Position numbers and translations under genes: made by a program. The notes under the pieces were generated by a model. It was given only the letters and a program-made list of their open reading frames with translations. It did not search any database and was not told where the DNA came from. From Leucoraja erinacea (lineage: Eukaryota), in the NCBI RefSeq assembly GCF_028641065.1, contig NC_073407.1, positions 15,066,001 through 15,130,000 of the forward strand: 64,000 nt of DNA, in the 5' to 3' direction. This document shows positions 1 through 11,814 of the stretch, piece by piece (position 1 is the stretch's first letter; each line of letters starts with the position of its first letter).

Positions 1-1011
1 GGGAGCATGCTTTACTCTTGCTTCCTTTTCTTATGATGACAATCTTATCTAGGTAATTAGGTTCATAAATTGACGAGCAAATACCAGGCAAATTGATGGA
101 AATGTGGGTAGAATAAGTTGGGTCAGGGCAATATTAGTGTGAAGATGGATGCCTCATGGTCAATGCCACTGTAGTGGGCCAAAGGGCCTAGTTCGGTTCT
201 ATATTTTTATCTAACTAAGACATCACAAAAAGTAACTTAAAAAAAAATATATATATATATATATAATTATATAATTATATTCTGAGGATAATTTACCTTC
301 TGGTCTTTATCTTTCCTCTTACTTTTCCGTTCGTTCCTGTAGATTGCCTCTTGTAGTTCTGTAGGTGACTGTAGTCTTTATGTACCTCATTTGTAAGAAG
401 GTTTTCATCTGTGAATGTCAACCAGCCTTGGCTTCAGCAGCATTCCGTTCAAACTAATTCCTATCTTGTCAACCAAGCCGGGCTCCAGTTGATCCTGTCA
501 GGAAAAATAAAGGCTGGAAGCCGATTTATGTCAGAGATTCATTTTAACCACTGTAAGAAACTTATTGGTTTATATTTATTGTACTCCTTGGCATTCTCCT
601 GTTCTAGCTTGGATATCTACATGGTGTGTACAGTGACAAAACTAGGTGTGGATATTCAGACAGTATAGAACTAGTCAGAATTTAGAGTTTAGAGAATTCA
701 CCATTCACCATAGATTCTAATAATCTGTTGTGTTTAGAATGTCTTTTGTGATGTGAACTGTAACTGAATGTTTTAGTGCTAGTTTTGAATTTGATAATTA
801 ACTTGGCATAATAATGGCAGCTTTTTTCATATTCCTGTCAAGCCAGCACTTGTATTATAATTAATATAGTTGGCAGAATGATCTTGTTTCCCAACTCTCA
901 TAGAAGAGACCTCGCATTGTCTCAGAATATATTTGAACTCGGCTCCTCAAAGTCACTGATCAAGGCCTCCCAGATTATTAAAATAGTAAAGTAACCATTT
1001 ATAAAACCACT

Positions 1012-1256
1012 GGTAGACAAAAATGCTGGAGAAACTCAGCGGGTGAGGTAGCATCTATGGAGCGAAGGAAATAGGCGCTGTTTCGGGTCGAGACCCTTCT
1101 TCAGACTGATGGTCTACCTTCATCAGTCTGAAGAAGGGCCTTGACCCAAAAAGTCGCCTATTTCCTTCGCTCCATAGATGCTGCCTCACCCGTTGAGTTT
1201 CTCCAGCATTTTTGTCTATCTTCGATTTTCCAGCATCTGCAGTTCCTTCTTAAACA
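1012..1256. mobile_element. Palindromic non-autonomous Penelope-like element (inverted pseudo-LTR pair) with 13-bp TSD
   Basis: Arms ~1015-1110 and ~1121-1217 are reverse complements and match the 3' end of the GIY-YIG-bearing element at 62.2-62.7 kb. TTATAAAACCACT is duplicated at 999-1011 and 1257-1269. Confidence 0.8.
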
Positions 1257-1604
1257 TTATAAAACCACTCTTGCCTTTTGATGCCTTTGACACTTGTTTT
1301 GAAGTATTGAATCCATTTTGAGAATCCCATATCCTCGGGTATCCTTGTGGCTTTGCAGATAATAGATTCTTACAGCTGTTCCACTCATTCAATTTAAAGA
1401 AATCCAGCAAAAAATGCATTGGTTTAGTTAATTATTTTAATATTCCAGCATTTCCCCATAAAAATTGCAGGCTAAATTTGTGATGTAATTATTAGGACAT
1501 TATAGTATAGGCCCATTAGCCAAATCCATGTCACCTTGATAATCTGGGTTCCCAACCTCCATTTATTGGGGTTATTTAGAGTTTCGTTGACAGTTAGGTG
1601 TTAA

Positions 1605-1825
1605 ACATAGAAACATAGAAATTAGGTGCAGGAGTAGGCCATTCGGCCCTTCGAGCCTGCACCGCCATTCAATATGATCATGGCTGATCATCCAACTCAG
1701 TATCCCGTACCTGCCTTCTCTCCAATCCCCCTGATCCCCTTAGCCACAAGGGCCACATCTAACTCCCTCTTAAATATAGCCAATGAACTGGCCTCAACTA
1801 CCCTCTGTGGCAGAGAGTTCCAGAG
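1605..1825 (-). mobile_element. CR1-type LINE 3' end
   Basis: (CATAGAAA)n tail followed by the 3' UTR/ORF2 end shared with the longer copies at 27.2 and 32.4 kb. Confidence 0.8.
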
Positions 1826-2577
1826 TTAAGCGCACCTCCAATCGTGTTTCCGATGGGCCAAGGCCCAATGGTGGTAACCGACTGACTGTATCATTGAAAC
1901 TGTGTGGGCCCTTAGTCTGGGAGATAGAAAATGTGTCAAAATCACAAATTATGCAAAGTAGATATTAACAGACTTGGAAATATATATTCCTGGGAAGGGT
2001 AAACCTTTATTCATGAATACTGAAATAACAGTAAACGCTCTGATAGAGGGGCATTGATCGGAAACACTAACCCGTTTCTCTCTCTCTCCATGAACTACAT
2101 GACTGCTGCATATATGAAGTGCTGTCCACTTTTATTTAACACTTCCATTACCCGTGGTATTTTTATTTATTTAAGACTATTACGTCTGCAGAATTTCAAA
2201 TTGTGTCTTTAAAAATTCACAAAATAACACTACAATAAAAATGTGAAGATAAACATCAGCACTTTTTAGGTATAATTTTTTATTACAAAAATGTAACAAG
2301 CAGTTAAAAGTTAAAATTATATACATTCTGGTGGTTTAATGCTGCACATTTAAGATTCCTAAGTAAAATGATGAATCTTAAATAAGCATTAAAAAAAATC
2401 AGAATACTCTTAATTGGATCAAGGTCCATAAAATCACCTAAATACAGATTTAACACCAAAGACCAGTCGCTGCACTTTTTTTTTGCACATTAAGTTCCAG
2501 TGACTATGGCCACCAGTCTGTGTTGCAGAAAAGATTTTTTATACCGTCTTAATCTTTTTGTTCGACAATTATCTTCA

Positions 2578-3116
2578 CAAAAGGTCCATCTGTCTCCTCA
2601 GATCCTGGTGAACTTCTACCGCTGCACCATCGAGAGCATCCTTACCAACTGCATCACAGTATGGTATGGCAACTGCTCTGTCTCCGACCGGAAGGCATTG
2701 CAGAGGGTGGTGAAAATTGCCCAACGCATCACCGGTTCCACGCTCCCCTCCATTGAGTCTGTCCAAAGCAAGCGCTGTCTGCGGAGGGCGCTCAGCATCG
2801 CCAAGGACTGCTCTCACCCCAACCATGGACTGTTTACCCTCCTACCATCCGGTTGGCGCTACAGGTCTCTCCGTTGCCGAACCAGCAGGTCGAGGAACAG
2901 CTTCTTTCCGGCGGCTGTCACTCTACTCAACAACGTACCTCGGTGACTGCCAATCACCCCCCCCCCCCCCCCCTTACACTTATTATTTTTTATTCAAATC
3001 GTTTGCTATGTCACTCTTCAAGGGAGATGCTAAATGCATTTCGTTGTCTCTGTACTGTACACTGACAATGACAATTAAAATTGAATCTGAATCTGAATCT
3101 GAATCTGAATCTGAAT
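2578..3116 (+). mobile_element. Rex1/Babar-type LINE, 5'-truncated 3' end
   Basis: ORF 2500-2946 contains FYRCTIESILT..ITVWYGNC and LLPSG.RYRS..CRTSR..NSFFP, typical of the Rex1-type RT C-terminus. (TGAATC)n tail at 3082-3115. Confidence 0.8.
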
Positions 3117-3589
3117 GAGGCAACGGTATTCCTATATAATTGTGCACTCTGCACATCATCTGGTGAAGTTGAAACTGGAACTATCCTGATTTACTTGGTT
3201 CTTCGGGTGAATATTGACTTGATGACCTAATTTTACATCATACAATAAATCGGTATTATTAATGGCCTATGATTTACCAAAATAAACTCTTGACTCCTGC
3301 ATTAATATTTCTTCAACTTGTACAGTTTAATCCATTTTTTAAACTCTTACCATATCCATTTATTTTTCTAATAATCCTTAAAGAAAATAAACTACACCTT
3401 CACCATTGCCAAACTGGAAACATATTTTCACAATGCGACCTTTTGGAACACTAACAGATGAATAATTTGCTTATTTGAATGGAGTGGGGGAAAAAAAGCA
3501 GTGCTGTATTAAGTTACTACAAATGCTTCATGAAGTCAGGTAATGAAAGCTTAGACAAAGTTATTTTGGAAATTGCCACCCTACATTTA

Positions 3590-3796
3590 ATATTGCCATT
3601 GAATGTTTGAGGAAGCAAGTAATTTTAGAGTATAGTTTTTTTTTTGTTTTTTTTTTCTTTTTCTCTTTTTTTGATTTGTATGGATTTATTGCATTGATCT
3701 GTTCAATTAATTTAATCAATCTCTGTAAAGCACTTTGGTTCAAATACTGGTTTTGTTGAAAAGTGCTATATAAATAAACATTATTATTATTATTAT
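3590..3796 (+). mobile_element. L2-type LINE 3' tail
   Basis: TGTAAAGCACTTTG...AAAGTGCTATATAAATAAA followed by (TTA)n. Confidence 0.55.
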
Positions 3797-3871
3797 AGTG
3801 TGTGAACTGGGAAGAAGGGAGAAGGTTTCAAAAACAGAGTGTAGCTGTAAAGGATATTATGGATGAGAATG

Positions 3872-3971
3872 TAGACAAAAATGCTGGAGAAACTCAGCGG
3901 GTGAGGCAGCATCTATGGAGCGAAGGAAATAGGCAACGTTTTGGGTCGAGCCTTCTTCAGACCCTTCTTGA
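3872..3971 (-). mobile_element. Penelope-like pseudo-LTR fragment with 11-bp TSD
   Basis: Same arm sequence as 1015-1110. GGATGAGAATG at 3861-3871 and 3972-3982. Confidence 0.7.
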
Positions 3972-4682
3972 GGATGAGAATGAGGAGTTTGATTTCAAAA
4001 GGCCAGCAAGCCTTGAAGGTGTGGGGAGGGACTGGGTATCAGTTCTGTCTAATTTCAGAGTTTATGCTGACTGGATTCCAGAGACAATTATACAAACCAT
4101 TATTCACATTGATTAGAATGGTTCTTATATGAAAGGGTTCAGTGGCAGAGCACTGAGTTAGGAGAGTCAATTATATTCATACATACTGTAAGTCATCAAT
4201 CTACATAAAACCAGGGATAGGTTTGACAATTCTATATTATTCTTAGTAATGTGTATTCATCATTAGTGAGACCACATTTCAAAAAGGTCTTTTTGAAATG
4301 ACAGCGGCATCATTTTGTTTTCACAATTTACAGTTGCAGCTATTTGTAAAATGACAATTGTGCTGTATAATCAATAGCAACATTTGAAATATTATAACAG
4401 GTCAAGTTGAGTGCCGCATCTTGAAATACTATAACAGGTCAAGTTGAGTACCGCATCTTGAAATACTTCATGGTATAAATTAAATCCAAGAAAAAAGACC
4501 GAGCATGCAGTTGAGCCATGGACTCGTGCATCACAGAAACAGGCCCTTCGCCCCAACTGGGTAACACCGAACCAAATACCCCATCCAAGCCAATCCTATT
4601 TGCCCCAATTTGCTCCATATCCCACTGAACCTTTCCTGTCCATGTACCTGTCCTTATGTTTGTTAAATGTTGTTATTGTACG

Positions 4683-5925
4683 ACACGATATTTATCAGGG
4701 CAGTCTCAGTGTCGTAATTTGCTCTGAAACCAGATTGAAATTTCTTTAAAATATCATTTTGATTCAGAAAGTGTTATATTTGGTTGAATACCACTTCCTC
4801 CAGTACCTTGCTGTTAAAGGGTTGATTTGATAGGGGTCTGTAATTACTCAGTAGCCCACTGTCTACATTTGGTTTCTTTAACAGAGGCTTTACGAGAGAG
4901 TTTTTATAAGTATCTGGGAAAATTCCAGTCTCAAGGGAGATGTTCATAATTGTAAGTACAAAACTGGATAAACTTAAAAGCATTCTTTAAAAATGTTGTA
5001 TGAACCGTGTCGAAATGACAGGTAGTGGATTTACTCTCAGCCGCAATTTTACAAAGTTCTGAGGTAGAAATACTTACGAAACTGCTGATTTTGCCTGTCC
5101 TACTAGGTCGGGCAGCAGGGGACAGTAGAATCTAAAGGGATACCAGTTCTGACAGTCTGAACTTTATCTTTAAAATAATCAGCAAACATTTTTCAGCAAA
5201 AAAAAAAAATCAGGAGTTTAGTAATCTGTCAATGGTGGAGAACAAAATCTTACTCTTTCCACCATTTTTGTGATAATTTGAGAAAAATGGGTCCTCCTTG
5301 CCGATCTTACAGCATTGTTATAAGTAGCAATGGTCTCTTTATACATGCCAAGATGTACTTCTAGTCTTGTTTTTCTCCACTTTCTTTCGGCTACTCTACA
5401 TGATTTTTAAACGTATGAACAGAGTTATTTAATCATGGAGCTGTTTGAATTCTCACTTTCCTTTTAATCTTGAGAGGTGCAACTTTATCAAGTGTCGTAG
5501 CTAGGTTACTGTTGAAAGCTTTTATCATTTCGTCAACAGAATCTCCCTGGGTGAAAGGAGCGAATGTACTTACAAGCTCAGAAAATTTGAGTTCTGCTGC
5601 TGGATCTAAAAAGCGCCTTTTACATGTACTCCAAAGGTCACCTAAACAACTTTAAAAACACATAAAAAAACATACAGTAACGGTCGAAACAGTAAAATCA
5701 GACACCAGGATGTTATCAATTTTTAACCCTCGGGATATCACCAGGTCCAGAGTATTTCCATGTTTGTGAGTGGCCTTGTTTATATGTTGAGTCAAGGTGA
5801 GGATGTTGAGTAAGCTCAGAAACTCTGTCACGTTGAGGTCTGTGCTGTTGTTTACATGAATGTTAAAATCTCCATTTAAAATCACTGTCATATCTCATTT
5901 TGACCAGTGAGATCAATTCAGAGAA
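4683..5925 (-). mobile_element. L2-type LINE ORF2 fragment (endonuclease to RT), degraded
   Basis: Minus ORFs with ILNGDFNIH / THKHGNTLDLVI (APE endonuclease) and VKPLLKKP..D...LSNYRPLSN.PF.SKVLE (RT N-terminus). Confidence 0.8.
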
Positions 5926-5994
5926 TTCTACATGGAATAGGGATAGCTGTCTGGGTGGTATGTACGGTGTTAAGAGTGTCCAAAATTCTACCAC

Positions 5995-6210
5995 TTACCT
6001 GCATATTGGAGGGAATTTACAGTAGTCAGTTAATGAACCAATCTACACATCCTTGGTAATGTGGAAGGAGACCTGAGCACCCAGAGGAAACCCACATGGT
6101 TACAAAAAGTATGTGCAAACCCCCACCACACACAGTGCTGGAGATTAGATTGACCAATGTAGGTGGAGCTACGAGGCAGTAGTTCTACAAGTTGTGACAT
6201 TGTGCTGCCC
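5995..6210 (-). mobile_element. tRNA-derived HE1/V-SINE-type SINE
   Basis: Reverse complement resembles the copies at 16725-17000 and 29810-30090 (GTTTGCAC..TGGGTTTCCTC.GGGTGCTC.GGT core). Confidence 0.55.
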
Positions 6211-6924
6211 CAACATTGAAAATGATTTGAAAATCAAGACCCAAAAGACTGAATGAAATACTTACATCTTGCTGATTCATCTCAGAACATTGTCCTTTTA
6301 CTTGACATTTTTGCTCTCTAGCTTCATGCATTGGTGTCATTTTCTCTGTGATCTTGTCTTGGGCTCAGCTGAAAATGAGTAACTTGCATTTCTATAATGC
6401 TTCTCAGGAAATGCTTCAAATGCAAAATATAAATGTATCCACCTTAAAATTGGATGTTATCTGGATATTTAACTATTGAGTGATATTGTAACATTAAATG
6501 TAATGATTTGCAAGAGGTTTAAATTGCCAGAGTTTCACAATATGGTTTGTAAGGCAAGTACCATGGCCCTTCCCTCTACTCTTTGATTCTATAATTACTT
6601 AGATTCCACGATTTTTCAAAATAAATAGTGTGATTCAAATTAAACCAATCATCCAGATTCATAATTGTAAGATGCTTGCTTCATGGTTACAAGGATAAAT
6701 TGGCTCTGTGCACTATTGTGCATTCAGGAACGCTCCCAATTCAATTTTGGGCCAATGCTAAGTTAGCAGACCTCAGTCAACATCAGAACCAATGTTAAGA
6801 ATGCAAAAAATGAGAATTAGGAATGATTTGTGTGTGGATGTATGAACTTCCTATTACATTGTCCACAGAGTGTGAGGTGATGCACTCTGGGCGGTTGAGT
6901 GCAAGGAGAGAGTATACAGTAGAT

Positions 6925-7640
6925 GACAAGACAATTAACAAAATTGATATGCAAAGGGATATTTGGAGTTCAAGTTCATAGCTCATAAAGGTGGCAGCAC
7001 AAGTAGATAGGATCGTAAAGAAGACATATGGTAGGTTTACACTGCCTACACTGGTCGGAGCATTGAATATAAGAGTCAGGAAATCTTGATGCAGTTCCAT
7101 AGGACTTTGGTTAGGTCATATTTGCAGTATTCTGTAATTCTGGTTGCTCAATTATAGGAAAAAGTGGAGGTTTTGGAGAGTGTGCAAAAGAGGTTTACCA
7201 GAATGTTGCCTCGATTAGAGGCTTTCAGCAGCAGGGACAGGTTAGATAGACTTGCATTGTTTTCTCTGGAATCTCAGAGGTTGAGGAGAGACTTTTGATA
7301 GTAGTGTAAAATTATGAGAGACATTGATAGGATAGACAGTCAGAACCTTCTTCCTAGGTGGAAATGTCCAACACCAAAGGGCACAGCTATAAGGTGAGGG
7401 GGAAAAGTTTAATGGAGATGAGCACGGCAGGTTTTATTTTTAAACAGAGTGGTGGGAGCCTGGAACGCATTGCTCTGGGTTGAGGCGGCAAATATGATAA
7501 TGGCGTTTTAATAGGCTTTTAGATAGGCACATTGAAGTACAGGGAATAGAGGGATGTGGATCAAGTATAGGCAGATTAGGTCAATTTAACTAGGCATCAT
7601 ATACTGAAAACATTTTAGGACGCAAAGCCTATTTTGTGGA
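6925..7640 (+). mobile_element. CR1-type LINE 3' fragment, degraded
   Basis: Remnants of LESVQKRFTRMLP / RLRGDL motifs and the CR1 3' UTR. Confidence 0.7.
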
Positions 7641-8414
7641 AGCAAAGCAGAACAAACACCAAGGTCAGTTTGCATATAAAATGACAATCATGGTACTAAA
7701 AATTCAGTGAAAATCTTGTCTACTGATAAAGATTTTATATGTAATTTTACAACTTTAAATTCAGAAACTTGGGTTTCCACGTGGTTGATATGTAGGATTT
7801 GTGTGTTCTGAATTGCCATATTTTGTGTAATTCTGACCGATTCATTTTATTCAGCAGAAATAGATAAATGGCCAAGCTGAACAAAGGTACGTGACTGGAG
7901 CAGAAATGTATCTCTGTAATGAATCATTTTACTTTGCGAATATAAACACATTTTTAAAAAGGTGTAAAATCTCTGCATCATTTCTTGTGTTGTGACTTGT
8001 GAACTAATTCTGCACAAATTATCCTTGTTAACGTAGGAGACACTGTTCCTTTCAATATCCCTTCAAATTCATTTTACACAGGATGGTTGATTTGCACACA
8101 AGGGCCTATGTCACAGTAGAATTATTCCATGTATAAATCAGTATTGTGCCCTTTTGTTTTCATACCAACAGCAGGGGTGATGAATCACTCTCCGACATCT
8201 GAATATTTGATCATTTTTACGGCAGAAATTGAAATTATCATTGCAGAATCACGGCAAGAATTGATATTATCATTGCAGAAACAGAAAAGACTGAAGGCGA
8301 AAGTGGAAAAACAATATCAAGTGTAAGTAATCACATTAGTTTCCATAAAAGCATCGTGGTGCAAATAAAAACACACGCTGATATCAATACTTTAGAATAT
8401 GAATAATCTTGCAA

Positions 8415-8439
8415 TTTATTCCTAACATTTCAATTTATT
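8415..8439 (-). promoter_or_regulatory. Candidate LRRC8A polyadenylation signals (two AATAAA)
   Basis: TTTATT on + at 8415-8420 and 8434-8439, with a GU/U-rich tract downstream on the minus strand (~8362-8376). Implies a ~3 kb 3' UTR. Confidence 0.35.
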
Positions 8440-9604
8440 TAGATAAAAATGCCAGATTTTACTATTCTGACAAGAGGTAAATGTAAAAAGATGGGCTTAT
8501 TATGAAGATCTCAATCTCCTACTGAGATGTTGACCATTGGGAACATTGCAACTTTAAAATAGCTGTTAAGACAGTAACATTTCAGGTTACATTTTAAGAG
8601 AGAAGCAAAATTAAACATTGTTTTAAACAAAGTGTGAATAAAGCCCATTTGTCGACATTGGATAATACTTTCTACGGCCTTGATTAAATGTAGAAGCAAA
8701 CCAACAACTAGTCACTTTAACATTTAACAGGTCAAACAGTCAAAATAACGAACCTGAGAAAAAGTGTTGCTACAAGATCGAGGCATATTCACCCCTGAGG
8801 GCACAGAAATGAAGGCTTAGTATCAGTTACAATTAAAAAATGTATGCAGCATCCAAGCTGTGTGTGAAGCAAGCCTGTTCCATTAAATAACTATTTAATC
8901 CTTATCGAGTAAATGATCATTGCAACGTGAACAGTAATTTGAGCATTCATAAAATTAGAAGTTTACCACATGCATTTTGCTGGGTAAACACATAACAGAG
9001 ATAACAACGTCCTTGATGAATACCCCTTTCCCCTGTGACGGGGGCCAGTATATCCCTGGAACTTACTTTCACTCTCTAGCGACCTTATTTCAGGTATGGC
9101 TTATTGCTTTACATACCACTTGCTCCTTCTCCAACTGTGCACAGCAGAACATGACCACTACTAATCCATGCCTCCCTGTCACATTGCTAATTGGGAACTA
9201 GCTAGAAGTGGTTAAGTGTACTATGGGTCTGCAGCCACACAGAAATCTCCAAAGGGCTCATACAGTGTAGCCTCTTATTTCATCAGTCTAGACACGACTT
9301 GGAATTGGATATAAGTGTTCACAAGACCATATAGCTTATTTTCAAATCCACCCCAACATCCATGACCACCCCCTTCCCTTCCCTGAAGACACTTCAAGAC
9401 AAGACACTTAAAATTATGTGCATTATCAATGGTTGAAATGCTAACCAGCACAATGGACTGGCAAGCGAAAGGATAAAGCACATGGGTACACAGAATGCAA
9501 CGACTAATGATAAATGTTTTTTTTCCCCAGTGGAAGACTGTTACCACTTGGCCCATGCTTTTTTTTTTTTTTTAATTAATGATTTATATTTAACAACAGG
9601 GAGA

Positions 9605-10350
9605 ATGATGAAGTAGTTTGCAGATGATACAAAAATAAGTCTCTGGTTGTCAATACATTGGAAAGCTTTAAAGTTGGTCTTAGAAATTACCACAGAACTT
9701 TCTCTGGAGAAGTTGGAGATAAAGTATTGGAGAGATGCAACAGACAAAGGAACACACAATCAATGGGAAGATTTTGGGAAGCGTGGAGGAACAAATCCTG
9801 AAGAGATGACAGACACAAATAACACGGTGAAATGGGCTGATTGAATGTTTTCCCTTATTAGCTGAGAAGCCAGGAGCCCCAGGTTATACTAAAACCTTAT
9901 GTGACACGAGTTAAAGTAAGGTTTGTGCAATGCATACAGTTCTGGTTACCTCATTGCAGGAAGGATGTGTTGTAATGGAGGGTGTGCAGAGAAGGACTGT
10001 GAGGAGGTTGCCAGGACAGGCAATTTATAGCAATGAGGAATAACTGTATAAGATTCAAGTTATTTTCTTAACGGAAACATTTGTGGGGTGACACAATTGA
10101 GGTATATCAAATTCTGAGGGTTTTAGATGGAGTAACCAGGTAGGACTTAATTCCCATAGCATAGGAATTAAAAATGGTAAGCATGTAGGACAAAGGGATT
10201 TATTTTCACCCAGACACTGAATTAAAAGTTGAGGCAGAAACCCTAATCTAATTTGAAAAGTACTTGGACGTGTCCTTAAAGAGCTGTGGAAGATGACATT
10301 AAGCTTGGTTGCCTTTTTGACTGTCAAAATGTTCTCCGGTGACATTGGTT
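9605..10350 (+). mobile_element. Old CR1-type LINE fragment
   Basis: Degenerate FADDTK and EGVQRR motifs, many stops. Confidence 0.55.
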
Positions 10351-11409
10351 TTCTGAAACTCTAGGTACTGGCTTGCAAAGTTCTGGATATTATAAGCAAA
10401 TATCAATTTTAAATGAACCTGGATACTAATAATTGGTTATTTAACTAAGTTTCACAAATTTACAACTCGGCTGTGTGCAATAAACAGGAGCAAGATTCTC
10501 AAGCCCTCAATATTCTCTTGGTATGTTAGATATTCATTGAGATCCAGTAACTTCCACCCCCAAAAAATATATCTAGAGAAACATTTCTCACATGTTATCT
10601 TTAATACTACAATCTGAATTATCATTTAAATTTTATGTCATGGAAAATACTTAGATTAGGATCTTTTACTTTCAATGAAAGATTCAAGTTGTACAACTTT
10701 AACAAAATGAAATGTTAACTCTCCGTTAGTCTTTTACCACCTCAATAAATATTATACAAACGGTATCGAAAACTCACTCCTATGTCTTCTCAGACTAGTC
10801 CCTAGATCTGATAAAACAGCCCTTGTGAAAATTCCCCTTGCTATCTAATTGTTTTGACAATATGAATTTGACGCATAGTGTAGTGATTCTCTCAGATTGA
10901 AAGAAATTGGCAGAAAGGACATGAAAATCTGGTTCAGCTCAATCAGCTTGACATGAACAAAACTTTTAAGTTAGTTTAAGAAGATTGAGGGAGTTATTTT
11001 AAAATATCCCCTGTTGTTTCATGCAGACGTTGTACTGCCTACTCAGGCATATACAGTGCCGGCCCCTAACATAGTACTAGTTAAATAAATAACAAGACAT
11101 TGGCAATATCAGTCTGTTGACATGTCATGGCTATAAATGTATTAGCTTTGTTTGTGATTCATTAAAGCAGAAGTATTAATAGTTAATCCAACTATTGAAA
11201 TGATTCTTTTAATTACTGGCAGCATTCCATTCCATCTATGCCTCTGTTCCTTATGGGCAGCAGCAGTTCCACCAACTGTAATCAGACTCGTTCCATATAG
11301 AACTAGATCACAGATCTGCTCATCTTGCAGTGCAGCAGGCTTCAAAATCTGCTGAAGACTTGGCAAGGTAGATTATTTCCCTTTTCCCCCTCTGCGATAC
11401 AAATAAAAT

Positions 11410-11685
11410 TCAGGCTTGTTCCTTGTCTGCTCGCCACAGCTGCTCCTTGACTTCGGACGGAAGAGTATTGAAAAGGTCATCCTCCACAACAAGGGCACTT
11501 CTTTTGAGTAGCCTGCACTCCCCCAGCTCCACGGGGAGACATTCTAGTCGGTTTCCACGAAGTTCCAGTAGCGTCAAGCTCGTTAGCTCTCCAACCCGCG
11601 ACTGTAACGATAGCAAGCAGTTATTCCCCAGGTTTAGGGTCCGGAGCTTGCGACACTGGTATAGTTCAGGCGGCAGGTTTTCAAT
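11410..11685 (-). CDS. LRRC8A: LRRC8A last coding exon (91 aa + TGA; C-terminal LRRs, ends LWRADKEQA)
   Basis: Acceptor ...CTCATAG|ATTGAAAAC at 11686/11685, phase 0. IENLPPELYQCRKLRTLNLGNN...WRADKEQA matches the LRRC8A C-terminus. Stop at 11410-11412. Confidence 0.96.
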   Translation of the reverse strand: MENLPPELYQCRKLRTLNLGNNCLLSLQSRVGELTSLTLLELRGNRLECLPVELGECRLLKRSALVVEDDLFNTLPSEVKEQLWRADKEQA

Positions 11686-11814
11686 CTATGAGAAAGGGGA
11701 AGGAAAACGCAAAGGGAACAAAAATAACTGTTTAACTGATGCACTTATTAGACCTAAGTAGTATTTAAGAAACATTTTTAAAATAGAGCTTTACATTCAG
11801 AGAATATCGAAGAG

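Noticed and set aside
1-11400. PHYHD1 coding exons expected from mammalian synteny
   Set aside because: No PhyH-like peptide recognised by eye in this interval; a tBLASTn search would be needed to exclude short exons.
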